Of a DNA stretch of 53,328 nt, positions 39,899-47,119 are shown piece after piece; within the stretch, counting starts at the first letter, position 1, and every line of letters starts with the position of its first letter. The position numbers and the translations under genes were made by a program. The DNA is from an uncultured Gammaproteobacteria bacterium. Its GTDB lineage: Bacteria > Patescibacteriota > Microgenomatia > Levybacterales > UBA12049. A model generated the notes under the pieces. The model had not been told where the DNA came from and searched no databases. It saw only the letters and a list, made by a program, of their open reading frames with translations. The DNA is taken from positions 778,627 to 831,954 of the forward strand of contig OZ246394.1 in NCBI GenBank assembly GCA_965230895.1, in the 5' to 3' direction.

Positions 39899-40259
39899 GC
39901 ATGTCCAAAAAATATTGTCGTTTTTTTTCTGGTAAATTGTCTACACTCTCTGCAAAAGAAGCGATAGCTGTATCGCCATATGAATTTATAAATTTTCTTA
40001 AAAATGATTGGGCGATACTCTTACTATATTTTTCCTTCGTAATTTTTGGTGAATATAGATATCCGTTCTTATCTTCTTTTCGGTCTAGCAAACCTTTATC
40101 AAATAGCCGTTGTAGTATAGTTGCTACTGTTGTATAAGCAAGCTTTTTGTCTTTTTCAAGTACTTTAAGAACATCTCTCCCTGAACAACTTTTATTTTCC
40201 CAAAGTATATCCATGATCTTTTGTTCTAATTCTCCCAAGGTAGTTGATTTCATGTCCAT
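39873..40259 (-). CDS. BlaI/MecI/CopY-family winged-helix repressor
   Basis: LGELEQKIMDILWE..AYTTVATILQRLFDKGLLDR. No C-terminal CxCxxxxCxC copper motif. Confidence 0.85.
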   Translation of the reverse strand: MDMKSTTLGELEQKIMDILWENKSCSGRDVLKVLEKDKKLAYTTVATILQRLFDKGLLDRKEDKNGYLYSPKITKEKYSKSIAQSFLRKFINSYGDTAIASFAESVDNLPEKKRQYFLDMLDEYDKRK

Positions 40260-40309
40260 ATAATACCAGACATGCTATAAGATTTACAATCATGACAGAA
40301 AATTATTGG

Positions 40310-41299
40310 TCATTTCAAGTATTTGTTAAATACTTCTTTAGTTCTTTCAGCAATTAGATCCCAACCTAAGTTTCTAAAGTTGTGATCCTGTCCTTCGTAT
40401 TCAAAGTATTCAACTTGTTTACCTTCTTTTTTGAGTGCCGTATTAAGTTCCCGTGACCACTCAGGGTTTACTTCTGTATCCTCAAGTCCTTGGTGGATGC
40501 TTATTGGTGCAGTAAGATATGTGAGGTAATTAATAGGAGAAACACTCTTTAAGCTTGGATTAATTGAGACAGAACCTTTGTTAGTTCTTCCATAGAATCC
40601 TAAATTATCTGCTGCATCAGCACTTGTAGGTGCCCACAGAACAATTGCTTTAACTTTATCTGTTACTTCAGCAGTTCTTAAAGATACCTCTCCTCCCATA
40701 CTATGTCCCCACATGCCAATTCTATTTGTATCCGCTTGTGGAATGTTTTTTATTGAAGCAATAAGATTCAAAACATCAATAGCATATTCTGGACGATGTC
40801 CACCTCTATTGCCTGAATCGTTCTCTGAATTACCATGCCCTCTGTAATCTGAGGCAAGAGTAATATAGCCTTCTGGTACTAGTATATCTGCAATATTTCG
40901 AGTGCCATCACCGCTTTTAAATTCAGTTGGAGAATAATAACCATGATTAAGAACTATAATTGGAAACGGTCCTTCTCCTTGTGGGATATTCATCACTCCA
41001 TAGATTTTTAAATTATCGGAGGGATAGGAGATTAAATAACTAGTATAAGGATCCGATTGAGCAAGCGTTTTTTCAATTTTGATATCTCCACCTGTAAAGT
41101 TTCTCTTGCGTAAATCTTCAATAAAATTTGGAGAACTTCCGATTGTATTTTCAAGTGAATGATCTGTCTCCAGTGCATTATCTTGTGATTTACTATCTGG
41201 TTGTTTAGGGTTAGCAATTTTAAAACCTTGCCATAATACAAATACTCCCAAACATAAAAGTACAAGTAATGCGATAGTTGACGTTTTTTTTAATTTCAT
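40310..41299 (-). CDS. Secreted alpha/beta hydrolase (S9/dienelactone-hydrolase-like)
   Basis: GMWGHSMGG nucleophile elbow. Start chosen at MKLKKTST (41299). Confidence 0.7.
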   Translation of the reverse strand: MKLKKTSTIALLVLLCLGVFVLWQGFKIANPKQPDSKSQDNALETDHSLENTIGSSPNFIEDLRKRNFTGGDIKIEKTLAQSDPYTSYLISYPSDNLKIYGVMNIPQGEGPFPIIVLNHGYYSPTEFKSGDGTRNIADILVPEGYITLASDYRGHGNSENDSGNRGGHRPEYAIDVLNLIASIKNIPQADTNRIGMWGHSMGGEVSLRTAEVTDKVKAIVLWAPTSADAADNLGFYGRTNKGSVSINPSLKSVSPINYLTYLTAPISIHQGLEDTEVNPEWSRELNTALKKEGKQVEYFEYEGQDHNFRNLGWDLIAERTKEVFNKYLK

Positions 41300-41316
41300 A
41301 GTGGATTTAATAGTTG

Positions 41317-42021
41317 TTAATGCGTAGACCAAGAAATTATTTCGTTTAGGTTTTCATTTTTCTTTATTTTACTGATTACTTTATTAGTATTGGTTGCTAT
41401 TACATAGATATCACTATCTTTTGAGTTTCTTGTATATAGTTTTGTTGCATCTTTCGATAGTGCTACTTCATGAGGTAGGCTTTCAGGTTGTAACTGTATC
41501 ATTTGTTCAACTTTATAATTTGAAGTATTTATTTTATAGATAGCATTCCCTGTCTCAGCTGCTATATAAGCAGACTTATTATCTGGCGTAAAGACAAGAT
41601 CACCCAGATGTATGTTATTTCCCATTTGTATCCTTTCTTTAACAGTATTTGTACTGAGATCAATTACTAGTACTTGGTCGCTTGTCATCATCAGATGCAG
41701 GTGTTCTTTGGCATTTCTATGAAATGCGCTTAGCTGATCCTGAGAAGCACTTGCTGTTACCCAAACATATTGTTTACTTGGTGCCATTTGAATATCATGA
41801 GGGGAAAGTTCTACCGTAATGTTTTCCTCCTTAGAAGAAAGACTAATTGAAGTAATTTCTTTATTTGTCTTTGCATCCTCAATAATAACTTGGTTTCCCA
41901 CAGCCTTAAAAACAAGTTCTTCCGAGTTTGACTTTAACCTATCGGAAAATATAAATGAGATTGCACCAATTGCAATAATGACTACAAGAATAATTCCAAT
42001 TAATATTTTTTTCTTATGCAT
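41317..42021 (-). CDS. Membrane-anchored YVTN-type beta-propeller repeat protein
   Basis: N-terminal TM. Repeated ..YVWVTASAS.., ..AYIAAETGNAIYKINTSNYKV.., ..LYTRNSKDSDIYVIATNTNKV. Confidence 0.55.
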   Translation of the reverse strand: MHKKKILIGIILVVIIAIGAISFIFSDRLKSNSEELVFKAVGNQVIIEDAKTNKEITSISLSSKEENITVELSPHDIQMAPSKQYVWVTASASQDQLSAFHRNAKEHLHLMMTSDQVLVIDLSTNTVKERIQMGNNIHLGDLVFTPDNKSAYIAAETGNAIYKINTSNYKVEQMIQLQPESLPHEVALSKDATKLYTRNSKDSDIYVIATNTNKVISKIKKNENLNEIISWSTH

Positions 42022-42039
42022 AGGGTTTGATGTTCCTAA

Positions 42040-44265
42040 TTAAATTTTCACTCGCTTTAGAAGTAGCGAATTTGTAACTACAGATATTGAACTACTTGCC
42101 ATAGCTACAGAGGCAAAAATAGGATTAAGGAGAGGTCCTCCAAATGGAAAGAGAACCCCCATAGCAACGGGAATGAGCACGATATTATACCCAAATGCCC
42201 AGAACAGATTCAGTTTTATTGTTCGCATTGTCTTTTTAGACAGTTCAAACGCTGCTGCTACACTTCGCAAATCTTTATTAATAAGTGTTATATCAGCAGC
42301 TTCAATGGCAATATCAGTTCCTGTTCCCATAGCTATACCCACATCAGCAGCCGCAATTGCAGGAGCATCATTAATTCCATCACCAACCATTGCTACTTGT
42401 TTGCCTTCTGCTTGTAATTTTCGTACTTCTGCTTCTTTCTGATCAGGTAAGACTTCAGCGAGTATTCGTTTAATTCCAAGTTGCGAAGCGATAGCCTTTG
42501 CTGCTCTTTCGTTATCACCAGTGATCATAATAACTTCTATGCCTCGTTTTACAAGCCGAGCAACGCCCTCTTTGGCTGTATCCTTAATCGTATCTGCAAC
42601 GGCAATCAGCCCAAGGAGCTTTCCCTCAGATGCAAGAAGCATAACTGTTTTGCCTTCATTCTCAAGTTTCTCAATGTCATACTGAACTTGTTTCAGGATC
42701 TCTATTTTCTCTCTATCCATTAATCGCTTATTGCCAAAGAATACTTTTCTCTTTCCGATAGTTCCTTCAACCCCATGTCCAGCAATACCATTAAACTTTG
42801 TTACAGGGAAGACTTTTACTTTCTGAGTTTCAGCATATTTTACAATTGCTTCAGCTAGTGAATGCTCTGAGCCTTTTTCGATAGATGCAGCAAGTTCTAA
42901 TACATCATCCTTTTTAGCTTTATTGAGTGGAATAATATCCGTTACTTCAGGTTTACCTTTGGTAAGCGTGCCAGTTTTATCAAACACAATTGCAGTTATC
43001 TTATTAGCAATTTCCAAACTGGATGCTTCTTTGAAAAGTATCCCATGTTCCGCACCTTTTCCAGTACCCACCATAATCGCTGTTGGAGTAGCCAATCCCA
43101 TTGCACAAGGACATGCAATGATAAGAACTGCTACTGTATTAAGTAGAGCAAAAAGAAATGCAGGGTTTGGACCAAATATATACCAGATACCAAATGTTAA
43201 AAAGGCAAGCATAATAACTATTGGGACAAAGTAGGATGAGACAACATCTGCAAGCTTTTGGATTGGTGCTTTACTGCCTTGTGCTTCTTCGACGAGCTTT
43301 ATAATTTGAGCAAGCATAGTATCTGAACCTACTTTAGTCGCTTTATAGGTAAAGGATCCGGTTTTGTTGATCGTTGCCCCAATGACCGTGTCTCCTTTTG
43401 CAATATCGACAGGTATACTTTCTCCTGTAACAACCGATTGATCGATACTTGATTCACCATCAATGACCGTTCCATCAACTGGGATTTTCTCACCTGGTCT
43501 TACTCGAAGAACATCACCAATTTGTACCTCTTCAAATGGAATATCCACTTCTTTGCCCTCTCGTATTACTCGGGCTGTTTTTGCTTGCAGTCCAATGAGT
43601 TTTTTAATCGCCTGAGAAGTTCCTGATTTCGCTTGGGCTTCAAAATACCTCCCTAAGAGAATAAGTCCAATGACGATCACAGAAACATCGAAATAGGGCA
43701 TATGTTCTATACCTAAGTTCATGACCACTTCAGGGAAAAATGTAACAAATACTGAATATGCAAAAGCCACTGTTGTTCCAAGTGCCACCAATGTATCCAT
43801 GTTTGCTGTGCGATGTTTTAAAGCAGGTATTGTTGCCTTATAAAATTCTAGTCCTGCCCAAAATTGAATTGGTATAGCAAGCAATAATTGTGTGAAAGGA
43901 TTTTGCAAGATTGCTGGTGCTGTATTCATCAAACCGGGAAAACTTCCCCAAAGTAAAAACGCTCCAGAGGTCAGACTAGCAATAACCTTTACTTTGAGAT
44001 TGGCCAGCTCTTTTTTCTTTTCTTCTTCTCTCAGTTCTTCATTTTTTTCTTTGAGATCTAATGTATATCCTGTTTGAGAAACTGATTCAGCAAGCTGCTC
44101 TGGAGTGCAGTTATTTTCATCATAGGTGACAGTTGCTTTTGTTGTTGCTAAATTCACTACAGCATCTGTAACCCCAGGTGTTTTCTTCAACGCCCGTTCT
44201 GTAACTCTAACACATGAAGCACAATGCATGCCTTTAATTGGAAATGATTTTTTAACTTCACTCAT
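42040..44265 (-). CDS. copA: Cu(I)-translocating P1B-type ATPase
   Basis: HMA GMHCASC, CPC in the TM region, [15 protein letters not shown]. Confidence 0.95.
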   Translation of the reverse strand: MSEVKKSFPIKGMHCASCVRVTERALKKTPGVTDAVVNLATTKATVTYDENNCTPEQLAESVSQTGYTLDLKEKNEELREEEKKKELANLKVKVIASLTSGAFLLWGSFPGLMNTAPAILQNPFTQLLLAIPIQFWAGLEFYKATIPALKHRTANMDTLVALGTTVAFAYSVFVTFFPEVVMNLGIEHMPYFDVSVIVIGLILLGRYFEAQAKSGTSQAIKKLIGLQAKTARVIREGKEVDIPFEEVQIGDVLRVRPGEKIPVDGTVIDGESSIDQSVVTGESIPVDIAKGDTVIGATINKTGSFTYKATKVGSDTMLAQIIKLVEEAQGSKAPIQKLADVVSSYFVPIVIMLAFLTFGIWYIFGPNPAFLFALLNTVAVLIIACPCAMGLATPTAIMVGTGKGAEHGILFKEASSLEIANKITAIVFDKTGTLTKGKPEVTDIIPLNKAKKDDVLELAASIEKGSEHSLAEAIVKYAETQKVKVFPVTKFNGIAGHGVEGTIGKRKVFFGNKRLMDREKIEILKQVQYDIEKLENEGKTVMLLASEGKLLGLIAVADTIKDTAKEGVARLVKRGIEVIMITGDNERAAKAIASQLGIKRILAEVLPDQKEAEVRKLQAEGKQVAMVGDGINDAPAIAAADVGIAMGTGTDIAIEAADITLINKDLRSVAAAFELSKKTMRTIKLNLFWAFGYNIVLIPVAMGVLFPFGGPLLNPIFASVAMASSSISVVTNSLLLKRVKI

Positions 44266-44267
44266 AT

Positions 44268-44627
44268 TTATGTAACTATGATTTTCCCATGGAACATATT
44301 CATACCACAGGCAAAACCAAATTCTCCTTTCTCTTTTGGCGTTACTTCAATCGTAACTTTTTTATTGAGCGGCAAATATTTTTTGATGCGGAAATCTCCT
44401 AATACAACTTCTTCCAAACAACTTGAAGGGTCTTTTCTCGTGAATGAAATTCTTGTAGTTTTATTTACGGGTATAGAAATAGTATTGGGAGAGTAACCAC
44501 CTTCAACTGTAATATCTACAGAGTCAGTAACAGAAAAAACTTCTTCTTTTTTCATGAGGAAGAACCAATAAGTAAAGGTCATTCCTGCTAGCATAAATAG
44601 TGCGACTAAAATTTTATCAAGTTCCAT
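44268..44627 (-). CDS. Membrane-anchored cupredoxin-like domain protein
   Basis: Start moved to MELDKIL (SD AAGGAGGT upstream). [17 protein letters not shown], the same C-x-M-x-M-F-x-G motif as the tail of 35511-36560. Confidence 0.6.
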   Translation of the reverse strand: MELDKILVALFMLAGMTFTYWFFLMKKEEVFSVTDSVDITVEGGYSPNTISIPVNKTTRISFTRKDPSSCLEEVVLGDFRIKKYLPLNKKVTIEVTPKEKGEFGFACGMNMFHGKIIVT

Positions 44628-44680
44628 AATTTGTGTTACCTCCTTGGAAGAAGCGCAGATTTGCACCTCTTCTAAAAAGA

Positions 44681-45103
44681 TTACTGGGTAAATCCCCAAT
44701 CTTTTTGCCATTGTTGCATTTGGCTAATTTCACTTTCTTGTGCAGAAATAATGTTTTTGGATAGATCTTTTATTTCTTGATGACCTGCATTTGCTTCAGC
44801 TGCTTTTGCCATCTCAATAGCACCTTGATGATGAGCAATCATTCCTTCAATAAATGCTTTATCAAAATCATCACCAGACTTACCTTCTAAAGCAGTCTTC
44901 ATATCTGCCATACTCATTTGATCCATTGTCGTACTACCATGAGTCATTCCTTCCATTGAGTCATTTGATGGAACCATCGCTGATGGTGTTGTATTAGTTG
45001 TTGCTAATTTTGAAGCGGCCGTCATTTGGCTTGCTACAACTGTTCCAGAAATTACAGCTCCTACAATTAAACCAACAATTCCATATGTTAATGTTTTTTT
45101 CAT
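44681..45103 (-). CDS. DUF305-family (ferritin-like four-helix) metal-resistance protein
   Basis: DKAFIEGMIAHHQGAIEMAKAA and ISAQESEISQMQQW. Confidence 0.75.
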   Translation of the reverse strand: MKKTLTYGIVGLIVGAVISGTVVASQMTAASKLATTNTTPSAMVPSNDSMEGMTHGSTTMDQMSMADMKTALEGKSGDDFDKAFIEGMIAHHQGAIEMAKAAEANAGHQEIKDLSKNIISAQESEISQMQQWQKDWGFTQ

Positions 45104-45122
45104 ATATTCACCTCCTTTACTT

Positions 45123-45911
45123 TTATTTTACCGTTACTATTCCCCCGATACTTGCGTTAATGTGATCGTGATATGTCCATACACCTTTTTTATCAAAGAC
45201 ATATCGATATATACTGCCTTTTTTCGTTGGCTTGAACTGGTCAAATGTTGGTAAATCTGTATGGGATGGATGGGGAGCTGAAGCAACCCACATATCAGTA
45301 CTACTTTCGTTAACAAATTCAACCATACTACCTTGAGTGACTTCAATTTTCTCTGGTATAAAACCTTTGTCAGTATATTTCACTTTTATCATACTTTGCA
45401 TACCAGCCATATTGTGGCCCAACATTGCTGAAGAATCACCTTCGGTAATAGTAGCGGGGAGTGATTTGCCTGTTTTAACATAATTAGCTGTCATCGTCCC
45501 GTTTTCGTCTAACATCGGACGGTCAAAATCATTAAATACCCCATCATCTCCATAATCCTCGTAAATCATCACAATAAGTTTTTTATTAGAAATATCTGCA
45601 TTTCCTAACGGTATAGTTATATTTGCGTATGTTCCTTTATCTAAAGGTTTACTTATCTCCACAACTTGACTTAGCTTATCTCCTTCCATCTCACGTACAA
45701 CAAGAAATCCTTTTTTTGATAAAGTTACGCTTTTAACGAGTACTTTATCTTTTGGTTCTTGAGGAAATACTTGTAATGTCTCTTGTTTTGTAGTCTTATT
45801 TCCTGATGCGTTCTTCTCATGTTTATCTGTCTGTTGATTAAAATAAAGGTAGAGTCCAAAAGCTACCATTAAAAATAGTACAAATGTAATTAGTATTTTT
45901 TGTATCTTCAT
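45123..45911 (-). CDS. Membrane-anchored protein with a C-terminal cupredoxin-like domain
   Basis: N-terminal TM. C-terminus FIPEKIEVTQGSMVEFVNES..HPSH..WTYHDHINASIGGIVTVK. Confidence 0.5.
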   Translation of the reverse strand: MKIQKILITFVLFLMVAFGLYLYFNQQTDKHEKNASGNKTTKQETLQVFPQEPKDKVLVKSVTLSKKGFLVVREMEGDKLSQVVEISKPLDKGTYANITIPLGNADISNKKLIVMIYEDYGDDGVFNDFDRPMLDENGTMTANYVKTGKSLPATITEGDSSAMLGHNMAGMQSMIKVKYTDKGFIPEKIEVTQGSMVEFVNESSTDMWVASAPHPSHTDLPTFDQFKPTKKGSIYRYVFDKKGVWTYHDHINASIGGIVTVK

Positions 45912-45913
45912 AT

Positions 45914-46186
45914 CTAACTTTTTTTCTTAAATACTTGCATTACTTCATTTATTGTTTCTTCTTTATTTCCTTTGCTAATCGCGTCCGCAACACAAGTCTT
46001 TAAATGGTTTTCTAGAATGACATTTCCAGTTTCCTTTAATCCGCTTTGCACTGCCTGCAATTGATGCATAACATCAATGCAATACGTGTCAGTCTCGACC
46101 ATGGAAATAACTTTATCAATGTGTCCTCGAGCAATCTTTAATCTGTGAAGAATTCGTTCTTGTTGATCTTTTGGTCTATAAGCCAT
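45914..46186 (-). CDS. csoR: CsoR/RcnR-family metal-sensing repressor
   Basis: RLKIARGHIDKV..DTYCIDVMHQLQAV..HLKTCV (C-H-C ligands). Start at ATG 46186-84. Confidence 0.85.
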   Translation of the reverse strand: MAYRPKDQQERILHRLKIARGHIDKVISMVETDTYCIDVMHQLQAVQSGLKETGNVILENHLKTCVADAISKGNKEETINEVMQVFKKKS

Positions 46187-46235
46187 ATATCCCCCCAATA
46201 GGGATATATTACTACACCCTGTAGGAGATTGTCAA
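46185..46235 (-). promoter_or_regulatory. Candidate cargo-operon promoter carrying two operator-like boxes
   Basis: Minus strand: TTGACA (46235-30), 18 nt, TAATAT (46211-06). The spacer holds TACTACAC-c-cTGTAGgA (46210-26, plus-strand reading). ATATATCCC-N7-GGGATATAT (46185-46209) overlaps the csoR ATG. Confidence 0.55.
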
Positions 46236-46415
46236 TATGTTTAATGAAGCATCTAAAATGCACTATCGGAAATAAAAAAAACATTTCGGAGGATACTGTA
46301 CAAAGTTTTTTATAGTCTGTGGAATATATAAGAAGCAATTCACGTTATCAGTTCTTCTAGAACATCATTAAAGGTACTATTGATACTATCCGTGTCATTT
46401 TTTGCTATCTCTCCT

Positions 46416-46667
46416 TTATCTATTTTTTTTTTCAAGTTTTAATATCTTTTCTGTCGCAATCATAAGATTGTTTTCTATTTGAACATGTTTTTGATTATGA
46501 ATGGCGTGAGTTACCCCAAATACAATATCCAACGATTCGTCTTCGTCTAAAAAGAGTAAAATTTTTGTCATAAGCAGGGTGTGCATATTATCGCTCGAAA
46601 AAAGATCATTCTGCCAACCTTTATCTTGCAATTGCTTTTTTAGCTCTTCTGTAGTATTCATAATCAT
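46416..46667 (-). CDS. Hypothetical small protein, divergent from the XRE gene
   Basis: 83-aa ORF with no recognised motif. Confidence 0.4.
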   Translation of the reverse strand: MIMNTTEELKKQLQDKGWQNDLFSSDNMHTLLMTKILLFLDEDESLDIVFGVTHAIHNQKHVQIENNLMIATEKILKLEKKNR

Positions 46668-46709
46668 TAACTAATGACTTAATAAAATAGTCATTTTTAA
46701 TCTTAAATA

Positions 46710-46725
46710 TTAAGTTATAACTTAA
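46710..46725. promoter_or_regulatory. Perfect 16-bp palindrome TTAAGTTATAACTTAA in the divergent intergenic region (operator candidate)
   Basis: Self-complementary, 35 nt upstream of the XRE ORF. AT-rich, so chance occurrence is plausible. Confidence 0.3.
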
Positions 46726-46760
46726 TAAACTTTTTGTCAAGTTCCTGCTACGTTTAAGGA

Positions 46761-46988
46761 GTGAATACGAAAAAAAAGATTTCCCAAAAAGACTATAAAT
46801 TTGCACGATATCTTCAAAAAATTAGGCAATCAAAAAATGTCACGCAAGAAGAATTAGCTGAAAAGATTGGCGTGTCACAAACGTGGATTGCTTATATTGA
46901 AACTGGCAGGAATAAACCTAACTTAAAAATGCTTGAAAAGATAGGAAAAGCCTTAGGTGTGAAAGTAAAAGATTTAATTCCTTTTTAA
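46761..46988 (+). CDS. XRE-family HTH regulator
   Basis: QKIRQSKNVTQEELAEKIGVSQTWIAYIETGRNKP. The GTG start overlaps the SD-like AAGGAG, so the start is uncertain. Confidence 0.75.
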   Translation: MNTKKKISQKDYKFARYLQKIRQSKNVTQEELAEKIGVSQTWIAYIETGRNKPNLKMLEKIGKALGVKVKDLIPF

Positions 46989-47119
46989 TTTCATAATACG
47001 GATTATACAATATATATATTATATACCTGTTATAGCAACTGTACTCTCTTAAAATTTTCTGTTATTATACTTTTTCTAATCAAGCCTCTGTCCACTTAAA
47101 TATTCTGCCTCAGAATGCC

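Noticed and set aside
40260-40309. TTTACAATCATGACA upstream of the BlaI-like gene, considered as a third operator.
   Set aside because: It matches only TACA on one side (TGACA rather than TGTA) and lacks the TACTACAC/GTGTAGTA arms shared by the two good sites.
46989-47119. AT-rich low-complexity stretch (TATACAATATATATATTATATAC, repeated TTATAC) upstream of the coupling-protein gene, considered as oriT.
   Set aside because: There are only weak, degenerate repeats in very AT-rich DNA. I cannot distinguish this from background without comparative data.
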